Assembly: GCA_002329465.1 (NCBI GenBank)
Contig: DCTW01000004.1
Coordinates: 2,933 to 66,932, forward strand
DNA: 64,000 nucleotides
Source of the DNA: Candidatus Woesebacteria bacterium UBA1430
GTDB taxonomy: Bacteria > Patescibacteriota > Microgenomatia > UBA8517
Reading direction: 5' to 3'
Both the position numbers and the translations under genes were made by a program. The notes under the pieces were generated by a model. The model did no database searches, was not told the DNA's origin, and saw only the letters and a list, made by a program, of their open reading frames with translations. Shown here in pieces: positions 16,610 to 24,838 of this stretch (within the stretch, counting starts at the first letter, position 1; the number at the start of each line of letters is the position of its first letter).

Positions 16610-17644
16610 TTAGTCTCGGCGAATACATCGAGCATACCTGGAGGCCGAATCCTTAGTGCTGATGATCGTGTAGCCGTAGATCAGGTCCACGCTCCAGGCA
16701 TAGCTCTGGCTAAAAAAGTACTCCGTACTGGACCAATGGCTGGCAGCAACATTGGGTAAATTGTTAGCCGCACCATTAATATACGCCTGCATCAGCTCTT
16801 TTTGGGTAGGCAGCCTCCAGTCTGTTTTGACACCACTGCCGTCGTCAAGAGAAAGGTTTAAGCAAAACTCAGCGGCCGAAACATCATCATCCTCCACATA
16901 GGCATTAAGTGGATCCTGATTATCACAGTACTGGTTTGCAGTTCCCAGCGAGTTAAAATTACACGACTCGACCCCCACACCCGGATCTACGCGATCAGCA
17001 CCGTTTACATATTTAAATTCGTTATCTACTTGCTCATTAGTTCTATCAGTCCAATAAAGCTTTGTCCAATTGTCTTGGTAAACCTTATTTGAAAGCAAAG
17101 ATACAGTAACCTCGGGAACACCCCCAGTCACACTGGCTGGAGTGCCCCCCGGGTCTGACACCAGAGTCCAAACCCCCTCCTCATCAATATACTCATAGTC
17201 ACCGCTGTCAATAGCACATGTTCCCTCTGCTTCCTGATTATTATTCGAACACCTATAATCATCATAAGCAATATTTGCCTGAAGCTCAAACATCGTACCC
17301 GTCTTAATAGTTCTATCCCCATTCCCCGCATAAAAAGTAAACCCGCTGGGAACATCACCGGCTGTCGCCGAGCCGTCCGGCTCCCAGGCAGCCGCCTCCA
17401 TTATTCTATTCCAATATGTTCCCCAATTATTAGTCGTACTATCCCAATCCGCTGCATCAGTCACACCATAGTTATCTCCCTTACCGACCAAAAAATCGTA
17501 AGCCTGTTTCAATCTGGAATCGGCTCCCGAAAAAACACCGCCATCCGGCCTTTCCTCGTCAGCAAAGACGCTCCAACGAGCCTGATAAAGCCCGAATATA
17601 CCCAAACTTAAACAAGCCAACAAAAAAAGAAATCTTCTTATCAT
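16610..17644 (-). CDS. secreted DGR target protein with C-terminal DUF1566/C-type-lectin-fold-like variable domain
   Basis: N-terminal signal/anchor (MIRRFLFLLACLSLGIFGLYQARWSVFA). The C-terminal segment WRLPTQKELMQAY...HWSST...AW.V......RYARCIRRD resembles DUF1566 (Lcl C-terminal-like) DGR targets. The VR occupies the last 46 codons. Confidence 0.88.
   Translation of the reverse strand: MIRRFLFLLACLSLGIFGLYQARWSVFADEERPDGGVFSGADSRLKQAYDFLVGKGDNYGVTDAADWDSTTNNWGTYWNRIMEAAAWEPDGSATAGDVPSGFTFYAGNGDRTIKTGTMFELQANIAYDDYRCSNNNQEAEGTCAIDSGDYEYIDEEGVWTLVSDPGGTPASVTGGVPEVTVSLLSNKVYQDNWTKLYWTDRTNEQVDNEFKYVNGADRVDPGVGVESCNFNSLGTANQYCDNQDPLNAYVEDDDVSAAEFCLNLSLDDGSGVKTDWRLPTQKELMQAYINGAANNLPNVAASHWSSTEYFFSQSYAWSVDLIYGYTIISTKDSASRYARCIRRD
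16612..16750 (-). repeat. DGR variable repeat (VR) at the 3' end of the target gene
   Basis: Counterpart of the TR. It encodes VAASHWSSTEYFFSQSYAWSVDLIYGYTIISTKDSASRYARCIRRD. 14 codons differ from the TR, each through A-position changes. Confidence 0.92.
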
Positions 17645-17676
17645 AGCTTCACTTTACAAAATCCCAATAGCAAAAG

Positions 17677-18561
17677 TCAACTTTGCTTCCTGAAACCCTT
17701 CCTTTTTCTAACAAGAAGAATAACTACCAAGATAGGAAGCCAAATAACGCCATAAACCCCAATCCAAATAAGTCCCTTACCGACTCCGATCAAACTTTTA
17801 ACTAGACTTCTCACCGCAAGCTTAAAGACAACGTTCGGCCTAAATTTATCGTCAGGTGTATATGGAAGCGAAAGCTCATCGGTTGATAAGTACAAAGTAA
17901 TCTTGGTTAACTCCACATTCTTTTCAATCGCCTCTTTCTGGCCGATCAACGCATCAATCTGATACTGCAAATTAGTAAGCTCCCTCGTTACCTGCAAAAT
18001 ATCATCTACTTCGCTTGCCTGATCCTGTATCTCTTCAAACTTAGCTTTCGTCTTTTCAAGCGTTTCCAATCTCTCTTCAATATTTACATACTCCTCAGTA
18101 ACATCCTCACCCATAAGCATTTCGTTAGTAACCTTTATCGAAAGGGATCGGAAATAAGCCATAGCCTCATCAAATCTCGATTTCGGCACCCGCACAGTAA
18201 TGGTCGCAAAAGCCGATTCATCCGGCCTGCTATAGCTCGAGCTTACCATAAAGCCGCCGATATTTTTTGCATAAGAAACCGCCTTGTCTCCAGCCTCACG
18301 CACATTACTTACAAGAAGAGACATACTAGAATTCTGAATAACCATTCCGCTCTCGGCGCTTGGCATTTTAATAAAATTATCAGAGGTAGAAGCAGTATCT
18401 CTCAAAGCTACTCCTCCCGATTCAGGCAAATAGCTACCGGCAAGTCCAAAGCTCTGCTTATTATACAAAAAGGGTCTAACCGATTTTGAGTACAAAAAAT
18501 ATGAAACAATAAGAAGAATTAAAAAACTCAAAACTTTATTTCTTTTGATCCAGTCAACCAT
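17677..18561 (-). CDS. DUF4349-like membrane protein
   Basis: N-terminal TM helix, a central coiled coil (EEYVNIEERLETLEKTKAKFEEIQDQ) and a C-terminal TM pair (GLIWIGVYGVIWLPILVVILLV). The architecture is typical of DUF4349. Confidence 0.55.
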   Translation of the reverse strand: MVDWIKRNKVLSFLILLIVSYFLYSKSVRPFLYNKQSFGLAGSYLPESGGVALRDTASTSDNFIKMPSAESGMVIQNSSMSLLVSNVREAGDKAVSYAKNIGGFMVSSSYSRPDESAFATITVRVPKSRFDEAMAYFRSLSIKVTNEMLMGEDVTEEYVNIEERLETLEKTKAKFEEIQDQASEVDDILQVTRELTNLQYQIDALIGQKEAIEKNVELTKITLYLSTDELSLPYTPDDKFRPNVVFKLAVRSLVKSLIGVGKGLIWIGVYGVIWLPILVVILLVRKRKGFRKQS

Positions 18562-18569
18562 CTCTCAAA

Positions 18570-19460
18570 TTATACTTTCTTATTATATACTCTCTTAAAC
18601 TTTTCAGCCACTTCTCCCCACGTAACCAAAAGGGGAACAGCCACAAAAGGAGAAGAATATGTTCCAAGAACAGTACCCACAAGAAGCGCCAGCGCAAACC
18701 AGCGAGTAGAAGTGCCGCCCAAAATAACAAGCGCCAAAAGCATAAGGATTATTGTAACAGAATTATTTATCGATCTTCTCATTGTTTCTGATATTGCCCT
18801 GTTTGCAATATCATCAAACTCACCACCCCTTTTTCTTCTGATCTCGCGTATCCTATCATAAACTACGATAGTATCATGCACCGAAAAAGAAAGAGTGGTC
18901 AAAAGTGCCGTAACAAACAAGAAATCAACCTCCATCCCAAAAAAATAGCCTAAAATCGAGCTACTGCCAACCAAAATAAAACTGTCATGAAACATCGCAA
19001 GTATAGCCGAAACGCCGAATCTCAAACTCCTAAACTGCAATGCAACCCAAATAAGTATCCCTCCGGCTGAAATAATTACGGCATAAACGGTCTTTTTTAT
19101 TAACTCTGGACCGATAGAAGGCCCCACGCTCTCGTAGCGAACTTCTGCTACTTCACCACCGTCCAATTCACCTAGAACCCCCTTAATCCTCTCACGCGAC
19201 TCCACATCTACTTCAGCAAGGCGAATCAAAATATTCCCGTCCCCAATGATCTGAACACTAGCTACATCAAACCCTTCTTCGTTTAGTGAACTTGAAACAT
19301 CCTCTGTTGACACATCCTCGGAAAATGAGTACTCGATCATAGCCCCGCCCAAAAAGTCAACGCCTAAATTGATACTCCACCTGATAATCCCATAAAAAGA
19401 CAGTGCAATCATGAAAACACTAAGAACTAAATAAAAAGGTCTGTATTTCATCCAATTCAT
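18570..19460 (-). CDS. secF: protein translocase subunit SecF
   Basis: LGVDFLGGAMIEYSF and a six-TM pattern. Overlaps secD by 4 nt. Confidence 0.9.
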   Translation of the reverse strand: MNWMKYRPFYLVLSVFMIALSFYGIIRWSINLGVDFLGGAMIEYSFSEDVSTEDVSSSLNEEGFDVASVQIIGDGNILIRLAEVDVESRERIKGVLGELDGGEVAEVRYESVGPSIGPELIKKTVYAVIISAGGILIWVALQFRSLRFGVSAILAMFHDSFILVGSSSILGYFFGMEVDFLFVTALLTTLSFSVHDTIVVYDRIREIRRKRGGEFDDIANRAISETMRRSINNSVTIILMLLALVILGGTSTRWFALALLVGTVLGTYSSPFVAVPLLVTWGEVAEKFKRVYNKKV

Positions 19461-20779
19461 TTGTTGTCACTCCCTTCTCTAATAAAATAACGAAGTAAAT
19501 TTCTGGACACAAAAATGCCGGTAAAAAGGCTTATCCCAATACCCAAAGCAAGGGTGATTGCAAAACCCCGCACAGGCCCTGACGTATGAAGAAAATTCCA
19601 ATTCAATGGATTTGCCAAAACAAAAGCAGTCAAAAGAGTAGCAATATTAGCATCCTTTATCGAATCCCAAGCGCGGTCAAACGAAGTCTCAAGCGCGTAA
19701 ATTATGTTTACCCCTCCTCTTCGCTCCTCACGAAATCTCTCAAAAATTAAAATATTTGAATCCACAGCCATACCTACAGACAACAAAAACCCAGCAATCC
19801 CAGGTAGCGTCAAAACAACCGGTATAAGCTTATAAAGAGAAAGCGTAATCAATCCAAATATTATTAAACCTATATCGGCAACTAATCCAAGCTTGCCGTA
19901 AAAAACCGCCATAAATACCAAAACAAATAAAAGCCCGACAACCCCTGCTCTAACGCTTTTTTCAACAGATTCTCTTCCCAAAGTAGCACCAACAGTCCTT
20001 TCGGAAATCAACTCAACGCTGGCAGGTAAAGCTCCTGCATTTAGCTGAATACTAAGATCTTTTGCTTCATCAAGAGTAAAATCTCCTGAAATCTGCGCAG
20101 TCCCTCCGTCAATCTTGTCTTGGACAACAGGCGCAGATATCACCTGTCCATCTAAAATAATAGGAAGCGGTTTATTAATATTTTTTTCAGTCAATTTCGA
20201 AAACTTTTCTTTCCCCTCATCGTTAAATCTAACTACTACCATGGGCTTTCCGCTTACCTGGTCAAAACCCACCTCAGAATCAATCAAATCTGCACCCGTT
20301 AAGTCGGTAATTGCCAAACTTGCTTCCTCTCCCTCCTCTGCGGGTTCAACAACCTCTGCAAAAGTCAGCTGAGCGGTTTTTCCGATTAATTCTATCGCTT
20401 CCTTAGTGTCTCGTACTCCCGGCAATTCAACAATTATTCTATCTCTTCCCTCAAACGAAGAAAGCTGAATATTAGGCTCGGCAATACCAAACAAGTTTAC
20501 CCTCTTTTCCATAACGTCTTTCAACGAGCTTAAAGCATCTGCGCGCTTCTCAAGGGAAATGTCCGAAGTATTCACCTCAAACACAAGATAGCTGCCGCCG
20601 ATCAAATCAAGCCCAAGCTTAAGATCATTAGCCAGAAATCTTTTTTTCAATACGGTATCTACTATACTTTTATCTTTATAATTAATTTTTACTGGAATTA
20701 TATTTGGAAGACTAATATAAAGCGATACTAATGTAATTATTAAAATTACGACAATACGTCTTCCGGTTTTTCTATACAT
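19457..20779 (-). CDS. secD: protein translocase subunit SecD
   Basis: LGLDLIGGSYLVFEV, a periplasmic domain, and a C-terminal six-TM block (MAVDSNILIFERFREE). Confidence 0.9.
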   Translation of the reverse strand: MYRKTGRRIVVILIITLVSLYISLPNIIPVKINYKDKSIVDTVLKKRFLANDLKLGLDLIGGSYLVFEVNTSDISLEKRADALSSLKDVMEKRVNLFGIAEPNIQLSSFEGRDRIIVELPGVRDTKEAIELIGKTAQLTFAEVVEPAEEGEEASLAITDLTGADLIDSEVGFDQVSGKPMVVVRFNDEGKEKFSKLTEKNINKPLPIILDGQVISAPVVQDKIDGGTAQISGDFTLDEAKDLSIQLNAGALPASVELISERTVGATLGRESVEKSVRAGVVGLLFVLVFMAVFYGKLGLVADIGLIIFGLITLSLYKLIPVVLTLPGIAGFLLSVGMAVDSNILIFERFREERRGGVNIIYALETSFDRAWDSIKDANIATLLTAFVLANPLNWNFLHTSGPVRGFAITLALGIGISLFTGIFVSRNLLRYFIREGSDNK

Positions 20780-20782
20780 TTC

Positions 20783-21367
20783 TTAACTTACTAAAAGCTC
20801 TTCATCCCCAATCACCATCACACGGCTGCCGGAAAGAACGCTTAATATAAACGGATCACGCCTTTTTTTACGAAATTCAAATTCCTCCCTGCTCATCACC
20901 GTATAATTAATTTCAACAGATCTTTTTGATTCTTCTACCCTTATTAAAGTAGCAAGCTCTGGAAGCACAATATCTCCAACCACCAAAACATCCACCTCAT
21001 CATCTCTTTTTCTTTCTTTATATCGTGCGAATCGCCCCGAAAACATAACAAACAAAGGCCTACCAATTTTTTTTCTGTTTTGAATTATCTGCGATCCAAG
21101 ACCAGTTGTTTTTGATATCATGGAAATCAAATCTCCATACATCAAATAATCATTTCTCAACCAATAGTAAACCCTGTTTCCCCTCGACTCTTTCCTAATC
21201 ATCCCTGCCGACTCAAGCCTGGCAAGCTCACGCCTTACCGCATTTATCTCCTCTTTAATCTCGCGTACAATACCTCTTACATGATACATTTCGGATGGAT
21301 TAGAAAATAGAAGCTCAAGTATCTTAACCCGCACTTTTGAAGTTATAAAATCTCCTAATCCCGACAT
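20783..21367 (-). CDS. winged-helix (ArsR-like) transcriptional regulator with C-terminal domain
   Basis: The N-terminal segment KVRVKILELLFSNPSEMYHVRGIVREIKEEINAVRRELARLESAGMIRK looks like a wHTH. The C-terminal half is unassigned. Confidence 0.55.
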   Translation of the reverse strand: MSGLGDFITSKVRVKILELLFSNPSEMYHVRGIVREIKEEINAVRRELARLESAGMIRKESRGNRVYYWLRNDYLMYGDLISMISKTTGLGSQIIQNRKKIGRPLFVMFSGRFARYKERKRDDEVDVLVVGDIVLPELATLIRVEESKRSVEINYTVMSREEFEFRKKRRDPFILSVLSGSRVMVIGDEELLVS

Positions 21368-21406
21368 ATTTAAGGGGAGTTTATACTAAATTAATACAAA
21401 TGTAAA

Positions 21407-22630
21407 CTAATTGTACTCGATATCATTTCCTCGAGGTACGGCTTCAATCCAAATTTTGCCTCTTACAAAACTAATTTCATCTCCGTTCTCATCATAAAAA
21501 ATAGTTCTTCCCGACGCCGAGTCTTTTTCCCAAGTCCCCTCAATTACATCTCCATTTTTAAAAATCAAAGCGTCTCCTTCATCAACGGTTTCGTAATACA
21601 TATGAAGCTCGCGATCAACCGGTCCTTTTTCAAAAACAAATTGGATAACTACATTCTTGGCATTAAGCTGAGGTTTATCAAACTCCCAATCGGTATGCGC
21701 CTCACCCCCGTTAAATCTTTTATAACTGTTAGAGGATGAGTCGTACTCCCAGCGGACGTTGTAATCCGGCTTGTTACTCCAAAACTCAAACTCTATTTCC
21801 GAGGCATTCACACCGGAAACAGGCGAGTCGTCCTCAAACTTCCACTGGACAAAACTAGAGTGCCAAGGCTCCCCATCTTGTTCATATCCAAAACCTCGTT
21901 CAATACCAAGATCAAACAAAAGATCGCTCGATCCAATAGCAGAGTGCTCCCATGCAGACACACCCCCAAGACGAGTTTGGTCTCTCTTTATAGCAGGATA
22001 GCTTACATTAGCACCACCATCCAGTGCATTGCCCCGCGAATGCCTCCACCCCATTTTTATCAAAGTCTCAAGCGCCATAACTTCAGGTGCCACCGTACCT
22101 CTTGGTTTTACCCCACCGGGGCAATCTCCACAAATATTATTAGCACCGCCAAAATGCACAAAAAGTGGGCTTTCTCCATATTCCGAAGCCCAATTAATAA
22201 GATAAGTCCTTGCGCTTCTAATCGGGCCAATAGTTATATCAGACGCAGAAGCCCCGCAATAAAAAATTCCCAAAAAACGGGTTATGCCACCTTCGGCAAC
22301 CACTTCGTAAACCACATCTGCGCGAGACAAACCGGACTGCGGCCGCGAATCCAAATGATTTTCAACTACAACAGCCATCGGTCTTCTCGTTTCCCAAATA
22401 TCCCGCTCGGCCTTACTAAACATCTCACCGTTTATAGGACACACTTCGGTTTTTGGAGCTTCAGATATTTTCGAACGATCTTTGGCAAGCCCGCTCAGGC
22501 TATCTCCACCGCCACTCGAATCCTTCGCCAAAAAACTAAAGGCGGCCCAAGAAAACCCTGTCGAAAGCATAAAAAGACCAAGCATACCAACCGTGGCTAA
22601 AAATTTTTTTGACTCAATAATATTCTTCAT
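21407..22630 (-). CDS. DUF3048 domain protein (YerB-like secreted protein)
   Basis: DSRPQSGLSRADVVYEVVAEGGITRFLGIFY is characteristic of DUF3048. The start is taken at ATG 22630 (MKNIIESKK) to avoid a 23-nt overlap with the upstream gene; the ORF-track start is 22657. Confidence 0.65.
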   Translation of the reverse strand: MKNIIESKKFLATVGMLGLFMLSTGFSWAAFSFLAKDSSGGGDSLSGLAKDRSKISEAPKTEVCPINGEMFSKAERDIWETRRPMAVVVENHLDSRPQSGLSRADVVYEVVAEGGITRFLGIFYCGASASDITIGPIRSARTYLINWASEYGESPLFVHFGGANNICGDCPGGVKPRGTVAPEVMALETLIKMGWRHSRGNALDGGANVSYPAIKRDQTRLGGVSAWEHSAIGSSDLLFDLGIERGFGYEQDGEPWHSSFVQWKFEDDSPVSGVNASEIEFEFWSNKPDYNVRWEYDSSSNSYKRFNGGEAHTDWEFDKPQLNAKNVVIQFVFEKGPVDRELHMYYETVDEGDALIFKNGDVIEGTWEKDSASGRTIFYDENGDEISFVRGKIWIEAVPRGNDIEYN

Positions 22631-22634
22631 ATTT

Positions 22635-23168
22635 TTAAGATTTTTTTGCCAAATCAAGCGCCTTTTTTTCTTCCTTCGAAAAATCGTATTCGCTCTTTCC
22701 TGCGCTTATAGGCTTAGCGTAAACACGCGTTCTGTCCCGGGTATGTAAACAGCTTATCATAAATCCATTTTCTTTGTTATCCAATAAACACAAAGAAAAA
22801 CTCTGATCTCCACCCGTTTCGTTAAAAGGGTTAAATCTGACAAGCCCGAGTTTTTGTATATGCTTTAAAGAATCTTTTTCAATCGTTGCTATCGCAGTCT
22901 TAACTTCATCAATCGCCTTTATGTTTGATTTCTCAATATCAACCAAGCCATCAATGACTTTGACAAGATTCCCAGATTTAACACCCCTCCCAAGTTTTTT
23001 ATAATGCACAAAAATCCAGTAAAATACAACAGTCAATCCAAAAAGCCAAAGTATAATACCTATTAATATTACCGGTAAAAGTTCTATTATCTGTTCAACC
23101 ACTTTAATTATGCTATCAAAGTCTAACTTAAAAGAAAATAAAATACAAAGGGTTTTTAGCGTTTTCAA
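22635..23168 (-). CDS. DUF4446-like membrane protein
   Basis: N-terminal TM followed by GLVRFNPFNETGGDQSFSLCLLDNKENGFMISCLHTRDRTRVYAKPI, which resembles DUF4446. The start is uncertain because its 5' end overlaps the divergent nth ORF by 59 nt. Confidence 0.5.
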   Translation of the reverse strand: MKTLKTLCILFSFKLDFDSIIKVVEQIIELLPVILIGIILWLFGLTVVFYWIFVHYKKLGRGVKSGNLVKVIDGLVDIEKSNIKAIDEVKTAIATIEKDSLKHIQKLGLVRFNPFNETGGDQSFSLCLLDNKENGFMISCLHTRDRTRVYAKPISAGKSEYDFSKEEKKALDLAKKS

Positions 23169-23739
23169 AAAAAATTACCAAGAAGTACCCCTCGAAATAT
23201 TCGGCAATAACCCTTACAAAACTCTTGTATCCACCCTCCTATCCTCACGCACCAATGACGACACCACCCTCGCCGCATCCAAACGTTTATTCTCCAAAGC
23301 CCCCAACCTCCAAAGTTTAGGTAAATTAGAGGAATTAGAAATTAAAAATTTGATATACCCTGTCGGCTTCTACAAAACCAAAGCAAAACATCTAAAAACC
23401 CTTGCAGAGATTATTTTGGATAAATACAAAGGAATCGTTCCCGACCAAAAAGAAAATCTGCTTAAACTTCCCGGAGTAGGAAATAAAACCGCAAACTTAG
23501 TCCTAAACAGAGCTTTTGGCAAACCGGCAATTGCCGTTGATACTCACGTCCACAGAATCAGCAATTTATTAGGTTTAGTTAACACCAAAAACCCGAATCA
23601 GACTGAAAAAGAACTCATAAAAATTATCCCCCAAAAAAAATGGAAAGACTTAAATCGCCTTTTTGTAAGCATCGGGAGGCAATACAAAAGCAAAAAAAAA
23701 CTTCTAGAATTCTTGCAAAAAAACAATCTTACAAACTAA
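23110..23739 (+). CDS. nth: endonuclease III-like HhH-GPD DNA glycosylase/lyase lacking the C-terminal Fe-S cysteine cluster
   Basis: HhH motif with catalytic Lys (LPGVGNKTANLVL) and the Asp context (AVDTHVHRI). There are no Cys residues in the C-terminal 60 aa. Confidence 0.7.
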   Translation: MLSKSNLKENKIQRVFSVFKKNYQEVPLEIFGNNPYKTLVSTLLSSRTNDDTTLAASKRLFSKAPNLQSLGKLEELEIKNLIYPVGFYKTKAKHLKTLAEIILDKYKGIVPDQKENLLKLPGVGNKTANLVLNRAFGKPAIAVDTHVHRISNLLGLVNTKNPNQTEKELIKIIPQKKWKDLNRLFVSIGRQYKSKKKLLEFLQKNNLTN

Positions 23740-24344
23740 TAAGCTGTTATAGCAACACCAAACCCGCTCTGTGCGTATATGCACCCCCAAACATACTCAC
23801 CGCCCGTCAAAAGCTTACTGTGCCCCAAAGTATTCTCCCAAGAAGAAACAGCCTCCTCGGCTGTACCGGCGCCCTGTATCAAAAACTCGGTCAAATTATA
23901 TGCCTCAAATATCCATCTTAAATCTTCTCTTCTTTCGGGCATATTACTAAAACCCTCGTGCGCGTCCAAAGATCCTATTTCAAGAAGCTCATTTAGCCTT
24001 ATAGAAGCAATTGTACAAAGCTCCGACCGGCTTGAAAGGGGATTAACTCCAAGTTCAGTTCTCCTTTTATTCACAGCCTCCCAAAGCTCAGGTCCTCCAA
24101 AACTAGGCGTGCTCTTTTTTGGATAAACAGGCCGTTCAATAACAATCGGAGTAGGGGAGGGAATTGTCGAAGAAATTTTCACCCCGGCTTCTTTCTCCTG
24201 CCCCATAAATCCGATTCGCAAAAAAGCATTATTAAAACCATGTAAATAACCGACAAAATATATACTCCCAATAAACACCACAAACAAAACACAAACAGCA
24301 CTCATCAAAAATACTCTCAATACTGTAGATAAAACCGCTCTCAT
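23736..24344 (-). CDS. CAP/SCP-domain secreted protein
   Basis: N-terminal TM, then VNKRRTELGVNPLSSRSELCTIASIRLNE...HEGF...GHSKLLTGGEYVWGCIY, which resembles the CAP (YkwD-like) family. Confidence 0.5.
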   Translation of the reverse strand: MRAVLSTVLRVFLMSAVCVLFVVFIGSIYFVGYLHGFNNAFLRIGFMGQEKEAGVKISSTIPSPTPIVIERPVYPKKSTPSFGGPELWEAVNKRRTELGVNPLSSRSELCTIASIRLNELLEIGSLDAHEGFSNMPERREDLRWIFEAYNLTEFLIQGAGTAEEAVSSWENTLGHSKLLTGGEYVWGCIYAQSGFGVAITAY

Positions 24345-24347
24345 TTA

Positions 24348-24815
24348 TTAATCATCAGTCTGCCTACCGGCAGGCGGGTCATTAGTCATCAATATCGTTA
24401 CCGGACCATCAAGTTCCAAATCAATATCCATATATTCACCAAATTCTCCGGTTTGTGTATAAACTCCGGCTTCAACAAGAAGGCTAATAAAATATTTATA
24501 TAAATCTCGGGCAACATCAGGCTTTGCAGCCTTTATAAAAGAAGGTCTATTGCCACGGCTCATATCTGCATAAAGTGTAAACTGCGATACAACAAGTATA
24601 GACCCCCCGGCCTCCTTAATATCAAGGTTCATTTTATCATTTGAATCAGCCATTACTCGAAGCTTAAGAAGTTTTTTAACAATCTCTTCGGCATTTTTTC
24701 TTGTATCACCCTCTCCTATACCCAAAAGTACAAAAAGCCCTTTATCGATTTCTCCCACAACCCGCTTTTGTGCTTCAACTTTCGCTTTATTCACCCTTTG
24801 CACAACTAAACGCAT
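24348..24815 (-). CDS. dtd: D-aminoacyl-tRNA deacylase
   Basis: MRLVVQRV... SQFTLYAD ... GNRPSF motifs. Confidence 0.9.
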   Translation of the reverse strand: MRLVVQRVNKAKVEAQKRVVGEIDKGLFVLLGIGEGDTRKNAEEIVKKLLKLRVMADSNDKMNLDIKEAGGSILVVSQFTLYADMSRGNRPSFIKAAKPDVARDLYKYFISLLVEAGVYTQTGEFGEYMDIDLELDGPVTILMTNDPPAGRQTDD

Positions 24816-24838
24816 AAGGGTATTTTATATGTTTTTTG

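Noticed and set aside
16262-16750. The possibility that the 139-nt direct repeats, or the 27-bp repeats at 12384, represent a CRISPR array or IS termini.
   Set aside because: There are only two or three copies, no regular repeat-spacer periodicity, and no cas or transposase genes. The A-specific mismatch pattern explains the 139-nt pair as TR/VR.
17128-17358. 76-aa ORF nested in another frame of the DGR target gene.
   Set aside because: It sits on the same strand but in a different frame inside a well-supported CDS, with no start context or motif.
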